A stretch of DNA of 44,064 nt from a virus (taxonomy: Duplodnaviria > Heunggongvirae > Uroviricota > Caudoviricetes), in IMG/VR virus record IMGVR_UViG_2690316161_000025. One strand, written 5' to 3'. The translations under genes and the position numbers were made by a program. Shown piece by piece: positions 30,135 to 39,308 of the stretch (position 1 is its first letter; each line of letters starts with the position of its first letter). The notes beneath the pieces were generated by a model. That model saw only the letters and a list, made by a program, of their open reading frames with translations. It was not told where the DNA came from and searched no databases.

Positions 30135-30667
30135 CACCCTATCAGACGGCCTTTCTGCAATTACTGCCGTCAGGGCTTGCCTGGAATAAAAGCCCCGACA
30201 GCAAATTATCTGCGCTGGCGCAGGCCATCAGCGACGTGATTGCCACTGCGGCGGATGATGCGCGGCAAATGCTGCGGGAGCGTTTCCCGTCCACATCCCG
30301 CTGGTATCTGGGGGGGTGGGAATCATTTCTGGGGTTGCCGGACTGTACCAGCGAAAACGGCACCCTGTCCGAACGCCAGCGGGCTGCCGCGAATAAAATG
30401 CGTATGACCGGCAATCTGAGTCGGCGCTTTTATGAATGGCTGGCTGCGCAGTACGGTTTTACCGTCAGGCTGACGGATTCCACAGAAGGCCAGTGGGTTA
30501 CGCAGGTCAATATTTACGGTATTAAAAATTATCGCAACGCAACGGTGCTGGATAATGTTCTGACGCCGTTACGTGTTTATGAATCGGGTGCGCTGGAATG
30601 TTTACTGGAGAAATATAAACCCGCGCATCAGATTTATAAATTTGTTTACCATGACGGAGATAACTAA
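30125..30667 (+). CDS. R: Baseplate/tail protein (Mu R), 180 aa
   Basis: ORF overlapping W end and abutting S start. Confidence 0.7.
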   Translation: MAVTPYQTAFLQLLPSGLAWNKSPDSKLSALAQAISDVIATAADDARQMLRERFPSTSRWYLGGWESFLGLPDCTSENGTLSERQRAAANKMRMTGNLSRRFYEWLAAQYGFTVRLTDSTEGQWVTQVNIYGIKNYRNATVLDNVLTPLRVYESGALECLLEKYKPAHQIYKFVYHDGDN

Positions 30668-32022
30668 TGTTTTATATTGATAACGACAGCGGCGTAACCG
30701 TCATGCCGCCCGTATCCGCCCAGCGTAGTGCTATCGTTCGCTGGTTTTCAGAAGGTGACGGGAATAATGTTATCACATGGCCCGGCATGGACTGGTTTAA
30801 TATTGTGCAGGCGGAGTTATTAAACACGCTGGAAGAAGCCGGTATTCAACCGGATAAAACAAAATTAAACCAGCTTGCACTATCCATTAAAGCCATTATG
30901 AGCAATAACGCACTGCTGATAAAAAATAACCTCAGCGAAATTAAAACTGCCGGGGCATCAGCACAGCGTACAGCACGTGAAAATCTGGATATTTATGATG
31001 CCAGCCTGAACAAAAAAGGACTCGTTCAGCTAACCAGTGCCACTGACAGCCCCAGTGAAACGCTGGCAGCCACCGCAAAAGCGGTGAAAATTGCGATGGA
31101 TAATGCCAGTGCCCGTCTGGCAAAAGACCGGAACGGAGCAGATATTCCCAATAAGCCGCTGTTTATCCAAAACCTCGGTTTACAGGAAACGGTAAACAAG
31201 GCTGGTAACGCTGTTCAGCGTTCTGGCGATACAATGACCGGAAAACTGAATCTACCACAGACATCTGCATTCGGCGTTGATACCGATAATGCACTGGGTG
31301 GTAATTCCATTACTCTCGGAGATAACGACACTGGTATTAAACAGGGCGGAGACGGTGTCCTTTTATTCTATTCAAATGGACAACTGGCATTTGGGCTTCA
31401 ACCCGCATCTGCTGATTTTTATAAGCGGGTTGCATACATTCCTCAGGGAATAATTCCTGATGGAAGTGGCGCATTTGCAGACCAGTTGAATAATGCCACC
31501 GCGCCTTTTGTTCAGACGCAGTTTGCCTGGAATCCCACTCCTGGTGGTCATTACGTGCCGATAGTTAAGGGCTTGTCCATTCGCAATGGACAGGGCTATC
31601 CCGGCGCGGTCAGCTTTGGTTATTTGCTGACAGAACAGTATGGATTTCCGGTTCCATGTATTCATATGCGTGGCGATGGCGGTAATGATGCTTTATGGCA
31701 GTTTAACCCGAACGATAAATCTTTTATTTCACCGGGTGCTCTTGTTGCGGGTGGCATCATTTATAACACCGATGGAAATATATTTGGCGGGTGTTGGGGT
31801 TCAAATTTAGCTGATTATCTCAATAGCACATATGTAAGAGACATTCGACTTGGTAGCGCAGAATCAATATCAGCATGGCGAGGCCCTGGTTACTGGGATA
31901 CTTCTGGATATGTTCTGACCGCAGCCGGAAACAGCAACACCGATGAATTTATTGATACATTAACCAGAAGGCCTATTCAGAAGTTGATTGGTGGGACATA
32001 TTATAACGTTGTGAGTATTTGA
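30667..32022 (+). CDS. S: Tail fibre protein S (constant part Sc 30667-~31176 fused in frame to variable part Sv inside the G segment)
   Basis: 451-aa ORF; gixL lies inside the coding sequence at codons FIQNLGLQE. Confidence 0.85.
   Translation: MFYIDNDSGVTVMPPVSAQRSAIVRWFSEGDGNNVITWPGMDWFNIVQAELLNTLEEAGIQPDKTKLNQLALSIKAIMSNNALLIKNNLSEIKTAGASAQRTARENLDIYDASLNKKGLVQLTSATDSPSETLAATAKAVKIAMDNASARLAKDRNGADIPNKPLFIQNLGLQETVNKAGNAVQRSGDTMTGKLNLPQTSAFGVDTDNALGGNSITLGDNDTGIKQGGDGVLLFYSNGQLAFGLQPASADFYKRVAYIPQGIIPDGSGAFADQLNNATAPFVQTQFAWNPTPGGHYVPIVKGLSIRNGQGYPGAVSFGYLLTEQYGFPVPCIHMRGDGGNDALWQFNPNDKSFISPGALVAGGIIYNTDGNIFGGCWGSNLADYLNSTYVRDIRLGSAESISAWRGPGYWDTSGYVLTAAGNSNTDEFIDTLTRRPIQKLIGGTYYNVVSI
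31163..31188. other. gixL, left Gin recombination site
   Basis: ttatccaaaacc-tc-ggtttacaggaa; inverted copy at 34355-34380. Confidence 0.8.
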
Positions 32023-32023
32023 C

Positions 32024-32551
32024 ATGATGCATTTAAAAAACATTAAAGCAGGGAACCCCAAAACACCTGAACAATACCAGTTAACCAAAAAAGCTGGAGT
32101 GGTCTGGCTTTATACTGAAGATGGTAAAAACTGGTACGAAGAACAAAAAAACTTTCAACCAGATACTATAAAAATTGCATACGATAAAAATAATGTGATT
32201 GTTACCGTAAGCAAAGATGTTTCAACTATTAACCCGGAAGGTTTAAGTGTTGTTGAAGTATCCGATATTACGGCAAATCGTCGCGCAGACAATAACGGAA
32301 ACTGGATGTTTCTGGATGGTAAAGTAGTAAAGCGGGAATATACAAAACAGGAGCTGCAACAGCAGGCAGAGTTACAAAAAGCCGCTTTGCTTTCCGAAGC
32401 GGAGTCTGTGATTCAACCGCTGGAACGTGCTGTCAGGCTGAATATGGCAACTAATGAGGAACGCGCACGACTGGAGTCATGGGAACGCTACAGTGTTCTG
32501 GTCAGCCGTGTGGATACGGCAAATCCTGAATGGCCACAAAAGCCTGAATAA
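32024..32551 (+). CDS. U: Tail fibre assembly protein U, 175 aa
   Basis: ATG one base after S stop; paralogue of minus-strand U'. Confidence 0.85.
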   Translation: MMHLKNIKAGNPKTPEQYQLTKKAGVVWLYTEDGKNWYEEQKNFQPDTIKIAYDKNNVIVTVSKDVSTINPEGLSVVEVSDITANRRADNNGNWMFLDGKVVKREYTKQELQQQAELQKAALLSEAESVIQPLERAVRLNMATNEERARLESWERYSVLVSRVDTANPEWPQKPE

Positions 32552-32556
32552 AAATT

Positions 32557-32576
32557 AAGGCCCGATAGCGGGCCTT
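32557..32576. terminator. Bidirectional hairpin between convergent U and U'
   Basis: aaggccc-gatagc-gggcctt; A/T run on the U' side. Confidence 0.45.
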
Positions 32577-32579
32577 GTC

Positions 32580-33113
32580 TCATTCTGGTTGTTCCGGGAA
32601 TGTTACAGGAAGAACAGAGGTATCTGTGGCATCAACCTGCTGCATGTATAACATCCAGTTAATGAGTCTTTGCCTGTCTGAATCGCTGATAATTCCCAGC
32701 GCAAGCTGTGTTTGCCAGCACTGCGTTTCCTCTCTGGCCTGTCGCAGCAAAATCTGTTTCTGAATTTCAGCCAGTTGACGTAGTTCTTCATCAGTCCGGG
32801 GGCGTTTCATGACCTTGCCATCCTGAAACACCCAGTCACCGAGAATATCGGCCCGGCGATTCGCTGTCGTGTCGGGTAATTCGACAACGCTCATTCCTTC
32901 CGGGTTAATAGACGACACATCTTTTTCAATATAGCGAATGATACCTCTGTCATCGTAAGCGATTTTTAGTGTGTCTGCCTGAAAGGCTTTTTGTGCCTCA
33001 TACCAGTTCTTACCATCTTCAGCGTAAAGCCAGATAACTCCGTGTTTCTTTGTTAACTCATACTGTTCCAGTGTTTTAGCGTTACCCGCTTTTATGTTCT
33101 TTAAGTGCATCAT
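32580..33113 (-). CDS. U': Alternative tail fibre assembly protein U' (177 aa), silent in this orientation
   Basis: Minus-strand [26 protein letters not shown]... paralogous to U. Confidence 0.85.
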   Translation of the reverse strand: MMHLKNIKAGNAKTLEQYELTKKHGVIWLYAEDGKNWYEAQKAFQADTLKIAYDDRGIIRYIEKDVSSINPEGMSVVELPDTTANRRADILGDWVFQDGKVMKRPRTDEELRQLAEIQKQILLRQAREETQCWQTQLALGIISDSDRQRLINWMLYMQQVDATDTSVLPVTFPEQPE

Positions 33114-33114
33114 A

Positions 33115-34362
33115 TTAAACGCTCGCTACATTATACCAGGTGCCATTTATATACTTTTGAACGGGTCTGTAATAAACGCCCGCTATATTATCGGCAGAGT
33201 TGGACCCTGTATCCTGAACATTAATACCAGACAATACATGACCTGACGGGCACTGGAAATTCCATGTTTGCCAGTTGTTCACACCATGATATTGCTGTGA
33301 ACCAAGACGAACATCTTTCACATAGCGGGAATCAAAATTCCCCCAGTTGCTGGGTTGTATCTGACCGTTAACAGCAAATATCACCGAGTTATCTGTATTT
33401 CGCTGACTATAGAAATGCCAGCCTGAATCATCACCAAGCTCTGCAACAGTTGGTCTTGACGAATTTCCCCACAAGCTAAATGATGCATTACGGGCAGCGG
33501 TATTTGCACTTGAAAGTGTGAAGAACTTACTTTCCCCAGCCTGAATACCCTTTAATGATCTTGCTGAACCATTTATAAAGCGGAATACATGCACACCATT
33601 AGCATAAGCATCCAGCACCCCATCACCATTTTGTTTAAACCCGGTATCGTTATCTCCTAAAACTATTGAATTTCCACCCAGGGCATTAGCCGTTCCAATC
33701 CCCAGATTTCCGCTAAAAATGGCATTAATACCGAGTATTGAGTGAGAACAATAAAACCCTCGCCCATTGTTAAAATCCAGAATGGCTTGTGCGTTCGTGC
33801 TTTCTGTCGCGGGATTAGTTGCTCCCCACTTATATGTTGTTTGACCGACAGTATAATCCTGAGTTGGAACAATAACCGTTAGCCCTTCTTCAGCAGAAAC
33901 CCGCACAGGAAAAGCCCTGCCTTCAACGTAAAAAACGCTGCATACATCATCTTCTTTAAGGCTTGTTACAATGGAATGGATTGCGCGCTCATTAGTCTGA
34001 TACGTCGAAAAATAACCTGCCGCATATGAACCACGATCAGTCCAGCCACCAGGCATTACCATTCCATTGAATTCGCAGTTATTCATTGCGTAATCACTAC
34101 TGGCACATGTGGTCGTTATAATCACTCTGGAAGCCAGCTCGCCAGTGCCGCCTGTGGAACGCCGGAAAATAACTGGATACCACTTTCCACCAATTGCATT
34201 AGACGGCGCATTAAATGCGTACTGCCGCATTCCTTTTTTCTTATCCACCTCGCCTTTGCTGTAAACATTAATGTTACTCAGGAAGCGATCCTTATCAGGA
34301 ATATCCGCGCCGTTCTGGTTTTTCTGTAATGCGCCAGAAGCCTGATTTACCGTTTCCTGCAA
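33115..34362 (-). CDS. S': S' variable part (S'v): promoterless, start-less alternative tail-fibre C-terminal module, expressed only after G inversion
   Basis: Minus-strand frame is open across gixR and would be in frame with Sc after inversion (..LQETVN.. shared at the gix site). Confidence 0.8.
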   Translation of the reverse strand: MQETVNQASGALQKNQNGADIPDKDRFLSNINVYSKGEVDKKKGMRQYAFNAPSNAIGGKWYPVIFRRSTGGTGELASRVIITTTCASSDYAMNNCEFNGMVMPGGWTDRGSYAAGYFSTYQTNERAIHSIVTSLKEDDVCSVFYVEGRAFPVRVSAEEGLTVIVPTQDYTVGQTTYKWGATNPATESTNAQAILDFNNGRGFYCSHSILGINAIFSGNLGIGTANALGGNSIVLGDNDTGFKQNGDGVLDAYANGVHVFRFINGSARSLKGIQAGESKFFTLSSANTAARNASFSLWGNSSRPTVAELGDDSGWHFYSQRNTDNSVIFAVNGQIQPSNWGNFDSRYVKDVRLGSQQYHGVNNWQTWNFQCPSGHVLSGINVQDTGSNSADNIAGVYYRPVQKYINGTWYNVASV

Positions 34363-34380
34363 ACCGAGGTTTTAGATAAT
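34355..34380. other. gixR, right Gin recombination site
   Basis: Reverse complement reads ttatctaaaacc-tc-ggtttgcaggaa. Confidence 0.8.
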
Positions 34381-34433
34381 GGCTGTTTCCGGCCTGCATG
34401 GCATGATTTGCGCTTTTAAACGGGAGATCCAGA

Positions 34434-35027
34434 GTGCTGATTGGCTATGTAAGGGTATCAACAAATGACCAGAATACAGACCTGCAACGAAACGCTCTTG
34501 TTTGTGCAGGATGTGAACAAATATTTGAAGATAAATTAAGCGGAACAAGGACAGACAGACCTGGATTAAAACGCGCTTTAAAGCGCCTTCAAAAAGGTGA
34601 CACACTTGTTGTCTGGAAACTGGATCGCCTCGGGCGAAGCATGAAACATTTGATTTCTCTCGTAGGGGAATTACGAGAGCGAGGGATTAATTTTCGCAGT
34701 CTTACTGACAGTATTGATACGTCATCTCCAATGGGGCGTTTTTTCTTCCACGTTATGGGTGCCCTGGCTGAGATGGAACGAGAACTAATCATCGAGCGAA
34801 CGATGGCTGGACTTGCTGCCGCCAGAAATAAAGGCCGTATTGGTGGGCGACCACCTAAACTAACCAAAGCGGAATGGGAGCAGGCCGGGCGTTTATTAGC
34901 ACAAGGAATCCCCCGCAAGCAGGTTGCATTGATCTACGATGTGGCCCTGTCAACTCTGTATAAAAAACACCCCGCGAAACGAACGCATATAGAAAACGAC
35001 GATCGAATCAATCAAATCGATCGGTAA
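34434..35027 (+). CDS. gin: Gin serine recombinase (DNA invertase)
   Basis: GTG start 34434 with SD gggag; product MLIGYVRVSTNDQNTDLQRNAL... with catalytic Ser at YVRVS; resolvase/invertase family. Confidence 0.95.
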   Translation: MLIGYVRVSTNDQNTDLQRNALVCAGCEQIFEDKLSGTRTDRPGLKRALKRLQKGDTLVVWKLDRLGRSMKHLISLVGELRERGINFRSLTDSIDTSSPMGRFFFHVMGALAEMERELIIERTMAGLAAARNKGRIGGRPPKLTKAEWEQAGRLLAQGIPRKQVALIYDVALSTLYKKHPAKRTHIENDDRINQIDR

Positions 35028-35035
35028 TACAGATC
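35001..35035. promoter_or_regulatory. Three clustered Dam GATC sites upstream of the mom promoter (methylation-sensitive regulatory region)
   Basis: GATC at 35001, 35019, 35032 spanning the gin stop codon. Confidence 0.6.
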
Positions 35036-35039
35036 GATT

Positions 35040-35109
35040 ATGTCTCAATAACCACACTCAACCCATGATGTTTTTTAAGATAGTGGCGAATTGATGCAAA
35101 GGAGGTGAG
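35040..35109 (+). promoter_or_regulatory. Pmom promoter / C-activator binding region, approximate
   Basis: Intergenic between gin and com; precedes SD aaggaggtgag of com. Confidence 0.45.
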
Positions 35110-35298
35110 ATGAAATCAATTCGCTGTAAAAACTGCAACAAACTGTTATTTAAGGCGGATTCCTTTGATCACATTGAAATCAGGTGTCCGCGTTGCAAAC
35201 GTCACATCATAATGCTGAATGCCTGCGAGCATCCCATGGAGAAACATTGTGGGAAAAGAGAAAAAATCACGCATTCTGACGAAACCGTGCGTTATTGA
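35110..35298 (+). CDS. com: Com, zinc-finger translational activator of mom (62 aa)
   Basis: [32 protein letters not shown]... with CxxC...CxxC; overlaps mom 5' end. Confidence 0.9.
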   Translation: MKSIRCKNCNKLLFKADSFDHIEIRCPRCKRHIIMLNACEHPMEKHCGKREKITHSDETVRY

Positions 35299-35944
35299 GT
35301 ATGAAGGCCAGATTGTTGGCTATGGTTCAAAGGAGCTGCGCGTTGAAACCATATCTTGCTGGCTGGCCCGCACAATTATTCAGACAAAGCACTATTCCCG
35401 CCGTTTTGTGAATAACTCTTACCTCCACCTGGGAGTATTCAGCGGACGCGATCTGGTTGGCGTTCTCCAGTGGGGATATGCCCTTAACCCCAACTCAGGT
35501 CGTCGTGTCGTGCTTGAAACGGATAACCGGGGCTATATGGAGTTGAACCGCATGTGGCTACACGACGACATGCCCCGCAACTCTGAATCACGGGCCATCA
35601 GTTATGCACTGAAAACCATAAGGTTACTGTATCCGTCAGTGGAGTGGGTTCAGTCTTTTGCAGACGAACGCTGCGGACGTGCTGGCGTTGTGTATCAGGC
35701 GTCAAATTTTGATTTTATTGGCAGCCATGAAAGCACGTTCTACGAGCTGGATGGTGAGTGGTATCACGAGATAACGATGAACGCGATTAAACGCGGTGGA
35801 CAACGAGGCGTGTATTTACGGGCTAATAAAGAGCGTGCCGTGGTGCACAAATTTAATCAGTATCGCTACATCAGGTTCCTGAACAAGCGAGCAAGGAAGC
35901 GACTAAATACCAAGCTATTCAAGGTTCAGCCATACCCTAAGTGA
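35219..35944 (+). CDS. mom: Mom DNA modification protein (adenine modification); true start may be GTG at 35249
   Basis: ORF overlapping the com 3' end in another frame; last gene before the Mu right end. Confidence 0.85.
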   Translation: MPASIPWRNIVGKEKKSRILTKPCVIEYEGQIVGYGSKELRVETISCWLARTIIQTKHYSRRFVNNSYLHLGVFSGRDLVGVLQWGYALNPNSGRRVVLETDNRGYMELNRMWLHDDMPRNSESRAISYALKTIRLLYPSVEWVQSFADERCGRAGVVYQASNFDFIGSHESTFYELDGEWYHEITMNAIKRGGQRGVYLRANKERAVVHKFNQYRYIRFLNKRARKRLNTKLFKVQPYPK

Positions 35945-35964
35945 TCCCCATGTAATGAATAAAA

Positions 35965-35990
35965 AGCAGTAATTAATACTGCTGTTTCAT
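35965..35990 (+). terminator. Terminator hairpin after mom
   Basis: agcagt-aattaat-actgct followed by gtttcattt. Confidence 0.45.
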
Positions 35991-36059
35991 TTGAAGCGCG
36001 AAAGCTAAAGTTTTCGCATTTATCGTGAAACGCTTTCGCGTTTTTCGTGCGCCGCTTCA
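35990..36059. other. Mu right end (attR) with MuA end-binding sites; terminus at 36059
   Basis: Sequence tgaagcgcgaaagctaaagttttcgcatttatcgtgaaacgctttcgcgtttttcgtgcgccgcttca ends with the canonical Mu right-end terminus. Confidence 0.85.
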
Positions 36060-36157
36060 TGCGCAAAATTCACGCCACTGTCATATTTGTGAGCTACACG
36101 GGCATGTCGGTTGTACAAAAAATGTGAAGAGGAACAAATTTTTCCGCACGTTAGAGA

Positions 36158-36192
36158 CAAAAAAACCGCCTCAGGCAACATACCGGAGACGG
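36158..36192 (-). terminator. Probable rho-independent terminator downstream of pqiC
   Basis: On the minus strand, imperfect hairpin ccgtctccgg...cctgaggcgg followed by ttttttt. Confidence 0.45.
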
Positions 36193-36214
36193 TTATATTT
36201 ACAAATCTTTATAA

Positions 36215-36778
36215 TTAAGGTAGACGCTTTATCTCTTGTGCAATAGAAGCGGCTTCCTGACTCCAGACACCGGCCAGCACTTTAACCATCTCATCGTAAC
36301 CATCCTGAGTTTGCACTCCTTCCAGACGGAACGGACGTTTGATCAGTTGTCCCTGGTGGTTCAACAGCCACTCACCACTGACAATGACCTTGCCATCATA
36401 GCGACCGTTAAACTCCGTTACGGTAACATTGAGCGTGTCCTGGGCGCTTCCCAGAGGCTGGGAGGCAACCACCCAGCCGGGCAGTTGCGTACTCAGGTTG
36501 GCAACCAGGGTGTTGCGCAACTGTTGATCCAACGGGCTGGCCCACAAGTTGTTGTTGGCAATCACATACTTCACATCACTGGTTTGATAAACCACACCAT
36601 TCCCCGCCAGATAGTCAGGAACAGTGATCTGCTCTACCCATAACAGACGATTGCCCTGGCTGGCGGTACTTTGTGTACCGCTCTGCACCACAGGTAACTG
36701 GTAATAGTTTTTATTAATTTCGCCGGAGCTGCATCCGGCCAGCCACAGTGCTGCAATCGTCACTAGCCACTTTTTCAT
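36215..36778 (-). CDS. pqiC: PqiC (YmbA) lipoprotein of the Pqi intermembrane transport system, 187 aa
   Basis: MKKWLVTIAALWLAGCSSG... with lipobox LAGC; ATGA overlap with pqiB stop. Confidence 0.85.
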   Translation of the reverse strand: MKKWLVTIAALWLAGCSSGEINKNYYQLPVVQSGTQSTASQGNRLLWVEQITVPDYLAGNGVVYQTSDVKYVIANNNLWASPLDQQLRNTLVANLSTQLPGWVVASQPLGSAQDTLNVTVTEFNGRYDGKVIVSGEWLLNHQGQLIKRPFRLEGVQTQDGYDEMVKVLAGVWSQEAASIAQEIKRLP

Positions 36779-38415
36779 TGTTTCGCCCTCTTCGGCTCTG
36801 GATCTTTTTTGTCCTTCGCTTCAAATACCAGCGCGTTACTCTTCTCATTGAGCGTTTTCAGCACCGGTTGCAGTTCTCGCAACACCTGATCAAGGCGCTG
36901 CATATCCGCCACCATCTTGTTGTAGGCTGCGGAGCCAGGCTGGAAGCCCTGCATGCTGCGATTCAATTCACGCAACGTTGACTGCATATCCGTCGGCAAC
37001 TGCTGCATCGACTGGCTAGCGAGGATCTTGTTCATGCTATCCAGCGTCGTTTGCAGGTTTTTCATTGTGCGCTGACTTTCAGAAAGCGTACTGGTTGCCT
37101 GTTCAATCATCGGATTCAATGGCAGTTTGTTGATCTTATCCAACGCTTCCATCAGTCGTTGCTGGATTTGCGCCAGGCCGCCGCTAACGGTCGGGATAAT
37201 CTGATAACCATTAAATTCACGAATACCGGTTATTGCAGGCGTATTTGGATAGAAATCGAGATCAACATACAGTGCACCAGTGACCAGGTTTCCGGTTTTC
37301 AGCGATCCGCGTAAACCACGTTTCAACAATTCGCCAAGGTGCTCAACAACATCCGCATTTTCGCCAAGCTGCATTTTCAGCCGCTCTGGCTCGATACGAA
37401 TCAGTACCGGAATACGGTAATCATCGTTAAATGTCTGACGCATATTCGGCGCAAAGAATGGCACTTTGCTTACGGTACCCAGGCGAATACCCCGGAACTC
37501 TACCGGAGCTCCCGGTTGCAGACCGCGTACCGAATCTTTAAAGAACATCAGATAATCAATGTGATCGGTGTACAACGAATCCTGAATGCTCTTCTGATCA
37601 TCATACAAAACGAAAGCTGTTTTCGGTGCCACTGGCTGCCCTAAATCCAGACCTTCCGGCACATCAAAGCTGACACCGCCACTCAGCAGCGTTGTCAATG
37701 AGCCCATCTCCACACGCATCCCTGCTGACGTCAGATCAACCGCAATGCCACTATCTTTCCAGAAGCGAACATTGTTGGTCACCAGTCGGTCATAAGGTGC
37801 ATTGATGAACAGTTGATAGCTGATATTGCGTTTTTGTGTATCGAAGGTGCTGGTTTCAACCGAACCTACCCGATAGCCACGGAACAGCACCGGATCTCCT
37901 GGCGAGAGCTGCCCGGCTTTTTTGCTATCGAGAATCACACGGATACCTTTCGCATCAGGCGGGGCCAACGGTGGCGAGTCCAGCAAATCGTATTTATCCA
38001 TTTTGCTGCCTTTCGCGCCTGGCTGCAGTTCGATATAAACTCCAGACAGCAGCGTTCCCAGGCCGCTAATCCCTTCGCGACCAATCTGCGGTTTCACCAC
38101 CCAAAAGACGGTGTCTTTATGCAGCAATTTTTCCATACCGGAATTCAGCCGCGCTTTGATTTCAACGTGCGTCAAATCATCAGCCAGTGTGGCGCTTTCA
38201 ACCACGCCGACGTCAACGCTACGGCTTTTAATGGTGGTTTTGCCACCTTCAATTCCTTCCGCATTCGCGGTGATCAGGGTCACTTCCGGTCCCTGATGGC
38301 TGTAATGATAAAAAAGAACCCAGGCCCCAATGAGCGCCGTGACGATAGGAAATATCCACACGGGAGACCAGTTCTTCACTTTCTGGATTTTGGCTTCCCC
38401 ATTATTAGATTCCAT
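36775..38415 (-). CDS. pqiB: PqiB, MCE-domain periplasm-spanning protein (546 aa from MESNNGEAK...)
   Basis: Large minus-strand ORF with N-terminal TM segment and repeated MCE-like regions; ORF track start 38475 is an upstream extension. Confidence 0.85.
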   Translation of the reverse strand: MESNNGEAKIQKVKNWSPVWIFPIVTALIGAWVLFYHYSHQGPEVTLITANAEGIEGGKTTIKSRSVDVGVVESATLADDLTHVEIKARLNSGMEKLLHKDTVFWVVKPQIGREGISGLGTLLSGVYIELQPGAKGSKMDKYDLLDSPPLAPPDAKGIRVILDSKKAGQLSPGDPVLFRGYRVGSVETSTFDTQKRNISYQLFINAPYDRLVTNNVRFWKDSGIAVDLTSAGMRVEMGSLTTLLSGGVSFDVPEGLDLGQPVAPKTAFVLYDDQKSIQDSLYTDHIDYLMFFKDSVRGLQPGAPVEFRGIRLGTVSKVPFFAPNMRQTFNDDYRIPVLIRIEPERLKMQLGENADVVEHLGELLKRGLRGSLKTGNLVTGALYVDLDFYPNTPAITGIREFNGYQIIPTVSGGLAQIQQRLMEALDKINKLPLNPMIEQATSTLSESQRTMKNLQTTLDSMNKILASQSMQQLPTDMQSTLRELNRSMQGFQPGSAAYNKMVADMQRLDQVLRELQPVLKTLNEKSNALVFEAKDKKDPEPKRAKQ

Positions 38416-38419
38416 ACTG

Positions 38420-39288
38420 TCAGGACTCCTCATGCTCTGATTCAGGTTGACGATCCCACGACAAACGCGGGTCAAACGTCATAGCAGAAAACATTGTCAT
38501 TATGACGACTAAAGCAAACATTAATGCACCCATTGCCGGATAAATACTCATTAAACCTCCCATACGCACCAGCGCCGAGAGCACCGCGATAACGAAAACG
38601 TCAATCATCGACCAGCGGCCTACAAACTCAACAACTTCATAAATCAAATGCATTCTTTCACTGTCGCGCTTGCCATGCCCTTTGGCATCCCAACACAGCC
38701 ACGCGATGGCGATCATCTTTAACGTTGGCACCATAATACTGGCCAGAAAGATCACCGCAGCGACGGGATAAGAGCCTTCGCTCCATAACAGAATGACCCC
38801 AGCGAGAATCGTCGACGGCATCTTCGAGCCTAATAAATCCGTCACCATGATGGGCAAAATATTAGCCGGAAGATACAGCATGATGGACGTTACAAGCAGC
38901 GCGAGTGTCCACTGCAGGCTGTTTCTACGCCGAACGTACCCTTTGGTACTACAACGCGGGCACACGGGTTCATCAGCAGGAAGGATTGCCGTACAACAGG
39001 AGCACGAACGCAGCCCCTGACGTATCCCCGTGACGCCTGGTTTTAGCGGCTGGCGCAGTTCTGGCATCGGGGCGATGTCGTCCCATAACCAGCGACGATC
39101 AACGCACTGAAAAGCGCGCAGTTGCAGGACACAAAATAAACACCAGGGGAGAAAGCTGCTGCCTACCCCAATGCTGCCGTAAGCCATCAGTTTAACGAAA
39201 CTGACCAGCACACCAGCGAGGAAAATCTCCGCCATTCCCCAGGTTTTGAGTTGAAAAAGCACCCGTGCCAGTTGCTCTTTTAAACGGA
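38420..39288 (-). pseudogene. pqiA: pqiA, 3' portion only (about 289 C-terminal codons); 5' end replaced by Mu-derived sequence
   Basis: Minus-strand frame encodes multi-pass membrane protein with CxxC...CxxC (CSCCTA...CPRCS); the first 10 codons of the apparent ORF ([11 protein letters not shown]) are read from Mu gix/S sequence. Confidence 0.8.
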
Positions 39289-39308
39289 AAAACCTCGGTT
39301 TACAGGAA
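39283..39308. other. Chimeric gix-like site: pqiA-derived left half (aacggaaaaacc) joined to gixL core and right half
   Basis: Identity to 31169 onward begins at 39289; central tc and right half ggtttacaggaa identical to gixL. Confidence 0.75.

Larger units (their letters stand above)
31163..34380. other. Invertible G segment (host-range switch) bounded by inverted gix repeats
   Basis: About 3.2 kb between inverted ~34-bp repeats; contains convergent Sv-U (plus) and U'-S'v (minus) modules. Confidence 0.85.
1..36059 (+). mobile_element. Bacteriophage Mu prophage (partial in window: ner through right end attR; left end upstream of window)
   Basis: Canonical Mu gene order and recognisable proteins (Ner, MuA, MuB, Gam, GemA, Mor, C, Lys, structural genes, G segment, Gin, Com, Mom); Mu right terminus ...cgtttttcgtgcgccgcttca ends at 36059. 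Confidence 0.95.

Noticed and set aside
36025-36246. 73-aa plus-strand ORF spanning the Mu right end and host DNA
   Set aside because: Crosses the attR/host junction and the pqiC terminator; an artefact of the insertion, no RBS.
37813-38484. 223-aa plus-strand ORF antisense to pqiB
   Set aside because: Lies wholly within the conserved pqiB coding region on the opposite strand.
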